Shown piece after piece: positions 27,935-35,991 of a stretch of 64,000 nucleotides of DNA. Below the pieces are notes generated by a model that made no database searches, was not told where the DNA came from, and worked only from the letters and a program-made list of their open reading frames with translations. The DNA is from a candidate division WOR-3 bacterium. Lineage in GTDB: Bacteria; Hydrothermota; Tepidihabitantia; B3-TA06. Both the position numbers and the translations under genes were made by a program. The stretch is from positions 77,119 to 141,118 of the forward strand of contig CBFGKC010000001.1 of the NCBI GenBank assembly GCA_965649265.1. Direction: 5' to 3'. The first letter of the stretch is position 1, and each line of letters opens with the position of its first letter.

Positions 27935-29026
27935 ATGAAAAATGAGGTTTGCGTCGACCTTCTGTCTATTGAAGGTCTCGGTCAGACACGATTATCGAGA
28001 CTTCTGGAGGCATTCGGTTCCGCGGAAGCCGTGCTCGGAAAATCGAAGGGCGAACTCGCGGACGCAGGTGTGCCCGAAAAGATCGCGGAACGAATCTCCG
28101 GTTACAGGCGCTCGCCGAAAGCTATCGACTGCCTGGCCAAACTGGAAAGAATCGGAGCAAAAATCCTCTCCATCACGGACGAGAACTACCCCGCGCTTCT
28201 CAAATCTTCCCCTAATCCCCCGGCAGTCCTCTTCGTTCGCGGCATCCTGAATCCCGAAGAAAAACTCGTCATCGCGATCGTGGGGACTCGCCACCCGACC
28301 GGATACGGCAGGGCGGCCGCCGAGCGCCTTTCACGCGAGCTTGCGGCCCGGGGCGTCGTCATAGCATCGGGTGCCGCAAGAGGAATAGACACCATCGCAC
28401 ACAAGGGGTGCCTGGTCTCTGGCTCCCGAACTGTCGCCGTACTCGGCTGTGGGATAGACGTCACCTATCCCCCTGAAAACAAGGAACTTTTCGAACAAAT
28501 ATCCTTGCACGGGGCGGTTATATCCGAATTCCTTCCGGGCGTTGCCCCGGAGCCGGGACTTTTCCCGCGCCGCAACCGCATAATCGCCGGAATCTCGCAC
28601 GGTGTCGTCGCGGTCGAGGCAGGCTCCTCGTCCGGCGCGCTCATCACGGCCAAATGGGCCGCGGACGCGGGCCGGGAGGTGTTCGCGGTGCCGGGCGGAA
28701 TTTTTTCCAGCGAGTCGCAAGGCACGAACAAACTTTTAAAGGACGGCGCAAAGCTTGTCGGACGTGTGGAAGACATCCTGGAGGAGTTCGGCGCGGTCTA
28801 CCATCCTCCAACGCACGTATTATCTCAAGATACACCCCAGGGTCCCGAACTCTCCGACGATGAGCGCCGCATCTACCGTCTACTCGGCCCCGAGCCCTTG
28901 CATGTCGATAATCTTGTGGAAAAGCTGGGGACAACCACGCCTCTCCTGCTCCCAACCCTCCTTGATATGGAACTTAAGGGAGTCATCCGCCAGGTATCGG
29001 GCATGCGGTTCATCCGAATAATATAG
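27935..29026 (+). CDS. dprA: DNA-processing protein DprA
   Basis: AIVGTR, SGAARGIDT, FPRRNRIIAG, SGALITA, C-terminal winged helix. Confidence 0.93.
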   Translation: MKNEVCVDLLSIEGLGQTRLSRLLEAFGSAEAVLGKSKGELADAGVPEKIAERISGYRRSPKAIDCLAKLERIGAKILSITDENYPALLKSSPNPPAVLFVRGILNPEEKLVIAIVGTRHPTGYGRAAAERLSRELAARGVVIASGAARGIDTIAHKGCLVSGSRTVAVLGCGIDVTYPPENKELFEQISLHGAVISEFLPGVAPEPGLFPRRNRIIAGISHGVVAVEAGSSSGALITAKWAADAGREVFAVPGGIFSSESQGTNKLLKDGAKLVGRVEDILEEFGAVYHPPTHVLSQDTPQGPELSDDERRIYRLLGPEPLHVDNLVEKLGTTTPLLLPTLLDMELKGVIRQVSGMRFIRII

Positions 29027-29032
29027 CACCCC

Positions 29033-29100
29033 AAAAGCTGGACAAAAGTGGGACAAAAGATGGTCAAAAGATGGACATTTCGGGCAAAATCCGGGTCAAA
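29033..29100 (+). repeat. 11-bp periodic AAAAG(A/C/T)(T/G)GG(A/T)C repeats
   Basis: aaaagctggac-aaaagtgggac-aaaagatggtc-aaaagatggac; related copies at 46832-46868 and inverted near 6642-6685. Confidence 0.75.
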
Positions 29101-29237
29101 GCCGGTTGCTAATAATCAGCAAAAAGGTTTTCTCGGACTCTGTATAGGCCTCTTGCGAGCAAATGGTCTTGGAAATCTGACCCTTGACAAGCAGAAAAAA
29201 CCGCATAATAATATAATTCTTAAATCAGGAGGAGACT

Positions 29238-29873
29238 ATGGCCAAAACAACGGAAACTCTTACAATAATTATAAGTATTGTTTTCGGGGTTGTGGGGGTT
29301 GGCTTCGGCCTCCAGCAATGCGCAGATTCACAGCGACTAAGAAAAGATAATGAGATTCTTCAAAGAAAAGTCGAGGAATTGATTGCAAGGGCGGATTACT
29401 TCGAGGATGGAATGGTGAAATCCTCTTGGCAGGTTAGCAACCTTAATGCCTCGGTAGATTCACTGACCAGATTGGTTTCAATGACATCTATGCATTTGAA
29501 AGAAGACATGGATGAGAAGCTAGGGGAGAAACTCATAAACCAACCAACTGCTTCACCGGCATATATAAGTCCATCATACTCAAAGGCCCAGTCAGATATA
29601 GAGAATCAAAATTCAGAGATAATCGTTTCCTCGACAGGTGGTATTTATTGGGTAATCATAGGTTACTCATCTACGGCAGAAGATGCAGAAAGACAGGCGA
29701 ACCTTGCAAGGAGTAGAGGTTTTAAAAACGCCTGGTACAATGAGCCAATTAGAGGAAACCCTTATTATGGTATCTATGCAGCGGGGAATCTTTCATGGGA
29801 TGCAGCCGTAAAGCTTCGCGATCTAGCTAAAAATACCTTTTATGGAAGCGAGGCCTGGATTTGGCAACCTTAA
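29238..29873 (+). CDS. Membrane-anchored coiled-coil protein with C-terminal SPOR-like domain
   Basis: N-terminal TM, coiled coil, YWVIIG...AEDAERQANLARSRGF; AT-rich; AGGAGG RBS. Confidence 0.7.
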   Translation: MAKTTETLTIIISIVFGVVGVGFGLQQCADSQRLRKDNEILQRKVEELIARADYFEDGMVKSSWQVSNLNASVDSLTRLVSMTSMHLKEDMDEKLGEKLINQPTASPAYISPSYSKAQSDIENQNSEIIVSSTGGIYWVIIGYSSTAEDAERQANLARSRGFKNAWYNEPIRGNPYYGIYAAGNLSWDAAVKLRDLAKNTFYGSEAWIWQP

Positions 29874-29924
29874 AAAAACACTTACTCGCCTTGACAATGC
29901 GGGAAAAGTATTTATCATCTTATA

Positions 29925-30119
29925 ATGACTAAAAAGAATGGTGAAGTGATAACCATCCCTGTCACGGTGTGGGAGAGTGCCGAGACCAAGGAAGATATTG
30001 AGGATTGGCTCCTTGCTCACAACCCGGAGTTCGTCCGCCGTATGCTTGAAGCGAAGAAGGAAGAGGAAGAAGGGAAGCTGGTAAGCCTGGAAGAAGTCGA
30101 ACAAACTTTAAAAGAATAA
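29925..30119 (+). CDS. Putative type II antitoxin
   Basis: 64-aa acidic ORF, WES..ET..I..., EAKKEEEEGKLVSLEEV ending typical of RelE partners. Confidence 0.65.
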   Translation: MTKKNGEVITIPVTVWESAETKEDIEDWLLAHNPEFVRRMLEAKKEEEEGKLVSLEEVEQTLKE

Positions 30120-30450
30120 ATTTCTCAACCGCCATCCGTCGCGTCTTACCCAAAACTCAAAAATTCCTGTCTGAAAAAGTGACGAACCAGCATTGTGTCG
30201 GATTAGTAAAAAAATGCCGCGCCTCCTTTCTATAGGCTGCGTCAAGATAAAAGTAAAAAAGAGAAGGGAGCACCGCAATCAAAAAGCTGTTGAGCACGTA
30301 TGTGAGTGCAATCGCGGGAGTTACTAACTTGCTATTTCGAGTTTGGGTACCTTGACAAAATTAGATGCTAGTTATAATTAGATTTATGGACGGAAGAGAA
30401 ATGCTCAGTAAAGATTCAGGAACCGAGTCTAGTGGGAAAGAAATATAAGG

Positions 30451-30726
30451 ATGGTTAAAATACATTTTACTCCTCTAGCTTTCAAGGAACTAAAGGGTGT
30501 AGACAGAAAAGTATCATCCAGGTTGATCGAAAAAATCAAATGGCTCGGTGAACATACGGACGAGATAGTCCACCACCAGCTTACCTCCCTTCCCGACGGA
30601 CTAAAAGGCCTTTGCCGACTTCGCGTGGGTGATTGGCGTGCATTCTACAAGATTAATCTCAAAGAAGGAAAAATAATTATCTACGGAATAGCGCATCGAA
30701 GCGTGGCCTATAAAGATCTGCACTGA
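30451..30726 (+). CDS. RelE/ParE-family toxin
   Basis: IHFTPLAFKELK..., LKGLCRLRVGDWRAFY, IAHRSVAY. Confidence 0.85.
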   Translation: MVKIHFTPLAFKELKGVDRKVSSRLIEKIKWLGEHTDEIVHHQLTSLPDGLKGLCRLRVGDWRAFYKINLKEGKIIIYGIAHRSVAYKDLH

Positions 30727-30924
30727 ACGGTCGTATCAAAAGATCCACACTTTTCGCTTGACAGCGGCCTATCTTTGGTCATAATTAGGGGTAGAACGTT
30801 GGCCTCATGCGGGGCCACGAGTGAGGTTTCCCGGGAGTTTCGCGGGGTTTCATGTAAAGCCCGCCGCGCTTGTTGAAGACGGGCCAGGAGCAGGCTTAAC
30901 AAAGGAGTCATTTAGGAGGAAGAT

Positions 30925-31215
30925 TTGTTTTCAGGCTCTGTTGAAAAAGCACTTCTCGAATTTTTCTCTTCCACGACGGTTTCGGCCGCCATCGCAGACG
31001 CACTCGCCGAGGCACGTGCGCCCATGACCAGCGGGCAGATACTCACGGCCGTCCGGGAGATTCGCCACATGGAAGAGATACCGCTCAAAGCTATAGAAAG
31101 CTCGCTCATCATCCTCACCGATGCCGAGATCATCACGAATTCCAAGGCCGGCTACGAACTTACCGATCTGGGCAAGGAACTCGTAGAGAAGCTTCGAAAC
31201 TACCGCGGCTCATAA
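30925..31215 (+). CDS. Small winged-helix-like protein
   Basis: TTG start with AGGAGG RBS; YELTDLG wing motif. Confidence 0.6.
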   Translation: MFSGSVEKALLEFFSSTTVSAAIADALAEARAPMTSGQILTAVREIRHMEEIPLKAIESSLIILTDAEIITNSKAGYELTDLGKELVEKLRNYRGS

Positions 31216-31401
31216 CCGCCTTCCCCGGACCCATGCCCCCGATTCAGGGGGCGGGCTTCTTCTCCTCTCAACAGCCGCTGTTTTTACGGCACAAGTTTTC
31301 ATTAATAATTAGTTTCGCGAGTTTAGTGTTTGGGGGCTTGACCTTTTCCTGAAATACGGGATAATAGACCTGCTGATGCGACAGGTCATTTAGGAGGTTT
31401 A

Positions 31402-32523
31402 ATGTCTGTAGAGATTCGCGAAGTCAAGAATGCCAGAGATAAAAAGATATTTATCTATTTGCCCGAGATGATGTACGAAAACCGCTACCCCCAGTGGGTT
31501 CACCCGATATATCAAAGCGAGACGGAGTTCTTTGACCCCAAAAAGAACCGGGCATGGGGCTACTCCGACGGCGTGCTTTTCCTCGCTTTTAAGGACGGCA
31601 AGCCGTGCGGCCGCGTGATGGGGATGGTCAATCACAAGGTGAACAAGTTCCGCAAGGAAAACTACGCCCGCTTCGGGTTCTTCGACTCCGTCGACGACCA
31701 GGGCGTGGCATCGGCGCTCCTTGGCGCGGTAGAAGAGTGGGCGCGCTCGAAGGGCACCGAAAAACTCATTGGCCCCCTGGGCTTCACCGATCTGGACCCC
31801 GAGGGCATGCTCATAGAGGGTTACGACGAGCTTGCAACAATCACTACCTGGTGGCATCCGCCGTATGCAAAGAAGCTCATGGAGACCGCCGGCTACCAGA
31901 AGGAGATAGACTGGTTCACCTACAAGGTGGATCTTACCAAGCCCATACCCGAGGTCTACACGAAGATCGCCAAAAGGCTTCGCGAGCGCTCCGACTACAA
32001 ACTGCTCGACCCCCGAAAGCAGAACGACCTCAAGCCTTTCATAAGGCCTGTGTTCGAACTCCTCAACGAGGCCTACCAGCATCTCTACGGCTTCTCGCCC
32101 CTCGACCAGGAGGAGATAGACAAGGTTGCGGCCGACTACCTCCCTCTTCTCGACCCGCGCTTCGTTAAGCTCATCACGCTCGAGGGCAAACTCGTGGCGT
32201 TCTCCATCGGTCTGCCCGATATAAGCGTGGGCGTGCGCGCCGCTCGCGGCAGACTCTTCCCGTTCGGAATCTTCAAGATTCTCTCCTCGTCCAAGAAAAC
32301 CAAACAGCTGGACATGATGCTCGGGGCAATCAAAGAGGAACACCGCGGCAAGGGTCTCGACGTCCTGATGGCCGTTGATCTCTTCGAGAAGGCACAGAAG
32401 GCGGGCATGACCATCTCCGACAGTCACCACGAGCTCGAGACCAACACGGTCATGCGCGCGGAGATGGAGAAGCTGGGCGGGGTCATATACAAGCGTCACC
32501 GTCTCTTCTTCAAGAATCTCTAG
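31402..32523 (+). CDS. GNAT-fold N-acetyltransferase-like protein (YghO-like)
   Basis: GKPCGRV, RFGFFD, LIGPLGFTDLDPEG, EHRGKG, LETN motifs. Confidence 0.8.
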   Translation: MSVEIREVKNARDKKIFIYLPEMMYENRYPQWVHPIYQSETEFFDPKKNRAWGYSDGVLFLAFKDGKPCGRVMGMVNHKVNKFRKENYARFGFFDSVDDQGVASALLGAVEEWARSKGTEKLIGPLGFTDLDPEGMLIEGYDELATITTWWHPPYAKKLMETAGYQKEIDWFTYKVDLTKPIPEVYTKIAKRLRERSDYKLLDPRKQNDLKPFIRPVFELLNEAYQHLYGFSPLDQEEIDKVAADYLPLLDPRFVKLITLEGKLVAFSIGLPDISVGVRAARGRLFPFGIFKILSSSKKTKQLDMMLGAIKEEHRGKGLDVLMAVDLFEKAQKAGMTISDSHHELETNTVMRAEMEKLGGVIYKRHRLFFKNL

Positions 32524-32535
32524 GCGGCGTAAAAC

Positions 32536-33159
32536 ATGGGCATCCTTCTTCTCCTCTGTGTGGCAACCCCCCTCCTCCCCCAATCTTCAGGTTTCGGTAT
32601 TGCCGTTGAGGAGACCTTTGTCAGCGCGATGTTCTCCGTCGCGACCGGATTCATCACGGGTGAGCTGGGCTGGGTTGCCGCGCCCAAGGTTGCCGACACG
32701 AACACCAAAAGCCCGTACTACCTCGACACCGTATACCAGCACAAGTTTCCGGCCGCCGTCGGTTCGGCTTACGGCCTCGGGCTTCCGTTCGGGGCGGCAC
32801 TCGGGCTTCATCTCGCCGAGGGCGGCTATGGAGAACACACCTCGCTGTGGTCAAAGTGGCTGGGCGCCGAGGCGGGCGCTCTCGTCACGTGCGGGATATC
32901 ATACCTCCTCCTGCGACTCGACGGCGACAGGACCGACTCGAGCGCGGGTGTCATCGATAAAGCTCTATTCGCCGACACGCCGCTCGAAAAGGTCGCGTCC
33001 CTGCTTCCCCTCGTCGGTGCAGTGGGCGGCGCCTTCGCGGGCCGCGCCGTCGCACCAAGGCTCGGACTTTCCGCCCGCACTCCCCCTCCTCTCGAGATCG
33101 GCCTTGGATCGGTGAACAATCAGCCGGCTTTCTCTTGCAGGCTGAGACTTGCGTTTTAG
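32536..33159 (+). CDS. Secreted/membrane hypothetical protein with Gly-rich helices and C-terminal beta-signal-like RLRLAF
   Basis: Signal peptide, glycine-zipper-like segments, terminal Phe. Confidence 0.6.
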   Translation: MGILLLLCVATPLLPQSSGFGIAVEETFVSAMFSVATGFITGELGWVAAPKVADTNTKSPYYLDTVYQHKFPAAVGSAYGLGLPFGAALGLHLAEGGYGEHTSLWSKWLGAEAGALVTCGISYLLLRLDGDRTDSSAGVIDKALFADTPLEKVASLLPLVGAVGGAFAGRAVAPRLGLSARTPPPLEIGLGSVNNQPAFSCRLRLAF

Positions 33160-33244
33160 CCCCCTCTCCCTGCTCCTCAAATTATTGGTTTTCTCCCCCG
33201 TGTAAGGCACAACCGGGTGACGAAACTATCAAATATCCGACCCA

Positions 33245-35812
33245 TTACTTGACGACCAGCACCTTGCCTGTCACTGCGAGCGTTCCCTGAACGAGTCTGG
33301 CGAAGTAGACGCCTGAAGGCAGGAAGCCTGGGTCCCAGGTTCCCGAACCACTCACTACCAGACGCTCGACGCGCCTGCCGTCCACCGAGAAGATATCGAG
33401 AAGAGCCTCGCCGCCCATCGCGACGCAGTAGGATACCCGGTTCAAAGAAGTCGAGAGCGTTATCGGGGATGGGGTTTTTGAAGTCTCATCGACTCCCGGC
33501 ACCTCAAGATCGACCACCTTGGCGTAGATGTCCCAGCCCTTGTGCCGACGGTTGTCCTGCCACACGTATACTATCCTGTCCCCGCCCGCGGCCACCGAGT
33601 TGTAGTTCGCGGCCTGGTAGTTGAAGCAGAAGAGGTCCGGATCGTTCACCTGAACCTTGCGGCTCCAGGGCGTACCGTCCGGGTGGTAATACACCGCCGA
33701 AACGTCAGGGTTGTCCGTGGAGTTGGAGTAATCCGTCCCATAGACCAAGAAGCCCCCCTGGGGCAAAGCAGCCACGCTTATATCATTGTGGCCGCCCAGA
33801 AGGATACCCGTATTTTTGTTTTCTCCGAGTTTCTCTCCATGAGCATCGTAGAACTGAACAAGACCATAAGCCGAGTCCGCCCACGCAACGCAGATGGTTC
33901 CCTCGTCGTCTACGGCAATGGCAGGTTTCTGTGCAACGCCACTAGGAGCCTCGTTAATCCGAACCGTATCACCCAGGGGCTTGCCTGACGAGTTGAAGCG
34001 CTGCATCATGATCCCGAACTTCTCCTTCCACGCCGTGACGAAGCTGTTGTCGTCCTTAAGAAAGATTGCATGCGGAATGTAACCAAAACCAGAGACGACC
34101 GGAACGCCGAACAACACAGGCGTCGCGTCAATTGCAAGATTATCCTTGTCGAAGCGCCTGGCCTTGAGCGTGTTAGAGCCTTGTACCGTATCGTTCCATA
34201 TCACGGCGAACGCGCCCTTGCGGTTCACGGAGACGTCGCAGCAAGTATTAAAGAAATTTCCCGCACAGCTGACCAGTTTTTCGTTCCCTGAAGGATAACC
34301 ATATTTCGTGTAGCGCTGAACACATATCTGCTGAGGGTCGGAGGCGCGCTTAAAAACCAGGACGAAATCCCCGCTCTTGCGGTTCATGCTCGCGCGAGCA
34401 TAGTATTGGGGCACCAATCTCGAAACACCGGAGGTGTCCTTCAAAGGCAAGGCGTCGCCCAGCGAGTCGCCGTCGGCGGAAAACCTGCGGCAGTAGGCCG
34501 GGGCATGGTACCAGTCCTCACTCCAAAGCGCGGTAAAGTTGCCTTCATCGTCGGCTAGAACCTGCGAGTATACTTCGTTGACGGAACTCTCGTCGTCTGA
34601 TATCTTAATCTCATTACCCAGCATCGAGCCGTAAACCATTCCGCGGCGGCCGAGCATCTCGTAAAAACCGTTCCTCTGTCTTGAATAAACGGCCATCCAC
34701 TGGTCGGCATTGAGCGCAAGCGCCTTGAGCATGCAGCCCTCCTCCCAGTCCTCGCTCAATGTCAACTCGGGGCCCCTCGGCGAGCCGTCGGCAAGGAAAT
34801 TCTGCAGATAGGTCACCAGCTTGCCTGTACGCTCGTCGCTCCAGGCAACGGTGAAGCTTCCGTCCCAGCCGACAACCATCTGGTGAGGGGAGATGCTCGT
34901 GAGATTTGAGTACAACTTGTAAATGATCTTCACATCACCGCTTGCCGTGCCGTCCCAGGAATAGGTTCTGTAATAGAGAGCATAGGGAACGAGCTGAGAG
35001 GCTATATCCCGGACTACCCATGAAAGCACAAACATACCCGCATGGTCGCATCCAACCGCTAAAGAATTCACGAAGGGTGGGAAAAGTTCGTTTGAGAATT
35101 CGGCAACCTGAAACACCCCACCGCGAGGGTCGCCGTTGGGTTTGTAACAGCAAGCTTTTATTCTCGTTGTCTGGTCCGATCCTGAACCGTTGCGGTACCA
35201 TGTGACGATAACGGCGCCGTTGGATGCTATCGCGACGCACGGCTTAATGTTGGGATCATCGACCGTCGCGACTTCCGCGACCTGATACTTCACCTTGCCG
35301 TTCGCGTCGAATACTATTAACCCTATAACCGGCTGCGGATCGCGCCAGGTTATCGCAAACTCGCCCGAGGGATTCATGGCCAGATTCGCTTCGGAGGTTC
35401 GACCGATAGCAAACAGCAAGGTGTCTTTCATGAGCAGTTCGCCTGAGGGTGATACCTTGCGCAGCCAGAACTCGCCCGAATCGCCTGCCGCGCGCCAAAG
35501 AACCACTGTATTCCCCGCACTGTCCGAGGCGGCGCAAACCAGGACCTGGCTTTTGCGAGTCGAATCGGAAGTTATCATGCGGTTGCCGCCTGAGGGAACG
35601 AGCGAAGTCGAAAGAAACTGACCGTAGAGATCCTCCTCGCTCTCGCGTGCGTTGCGTGTGTCCTCCCACACGACAAACCAGCCATGCGGCAAAGCTGCGA
35701 CCGTCGCAATGTCCTTGGTGCATTTGTTGGGAGAACCGGGGTTCACGAGGAAATCATCCTTTACAACCCCGCCGGTCAAAAGAATCGCCAGCGCCAAACC
35801 CAAAATACTCAT
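33245..35812 (-). CDS. Secreted beta-propeller protein with T9SS-A-like CTD (paralog A)
   Basis: Signal peptide, G-x-F-V-V-x-W repeats, SGVYFARL CTD; collinear with 35992-38559. Confidence 0.82.
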   Translation of the reverse strand: MSILGLALAILLTGGVVKDDFLVNPGSPNKCTKDIATVAALPHGWFVVWEDTRNARESEEDLYGQFLSTSLVPSGGNRMITSDSTRKSQVLVCAASDSAGNTVVLWRAAGDSGEFWLRKVSPSGELLMKDTLLFAIGRTSEANLAMNPSGEFAITWRDPQPVIGLIVFDANGKVKYQVAEVATVDDPNIKPCVAIASNGAVIVTWYRNGSGSDQTTRIKACCYKPNGDPRGGVFQVAEFSNELFPPFVNSLAVGCDHAGMFVLSWVVRDIASQLVPYALYYRTYSWDGTASGDVKIIYKLYSNLTSISPHQMVVGWDGSFTVAWSDERTGKLVTYLQNFLADGSPRGPELTLSEDWEEGCMLKALALNADQWMAVYSRQRNGFYEMLGRRGMVYGSMLGNEIKISDDESSVNEVYSQVLADDEGNFTALWSEDWYHAPAYCRRFSADGDSLGDALPLKDTSGVSRLVPQYYARASMNRKSGDFVLVFKRASDPQQICVQRYTKYGYPSGNEKLVSCAGNFFNTCCDVSVNRKGAFAVIWNDTVQGSNTLKARRFDKDNLAIDATPVLFGVPVVSGFGYIPHAIFLKDDNSFVTAWKEKFGIMMQRFNSSGKPLGDTVRINEAPSGVAQKPAIAVDDEGTICVAWADSAYGLVQFYDAHGEKLGENKNTGILLGGHNDISVAALPQGGFLVYGTDYSNSTDNPDVSAVYYHPDGTPWSRKVQVNDPDLFCFNYQAANYNSVAAGGDRIVYVWQDNRRHKGWDIYAKVVDLEVPGVDETSKTPSPITLSTSLNRVSYCVAMGGEALLDIFSVDGRRVERLVVSGSGTWDPGFLPSGVYFARLVQGTLAVTGKVLVVK

Positions 35813-35991
35813 TTTCTCCTCCTTCCCCGTCCAGGGGGAAGCACTTAACCTCTCAGTAATCTATCCAAGCCCTCGACGACACGAGCCAGGGGCTGTTTAT
35901 AGTTCCAGAACCACCATCGCCCGCCCTATCTCACGAGCACAACCTTTTGCCACCCCAGGAGAGTACCCGGTACTCTCCCGGGGACCCCTTT

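Noticed and set aside
31399-32583. 394-aa antisense ORF and similar long shadow ORFs (36151-37167, 59434-60387, 17626-18402)
   Set aside because: They mirror well-supported genes in GC-rich DNA and show no recognisable motifs
35935-35955. Sigma54 promoter for paralog A (TGGCAAAAGGTTGTGC on minus strand)
   Set aside because: GG-to-GC spacing is off by one and it overlaps an N23 repeat
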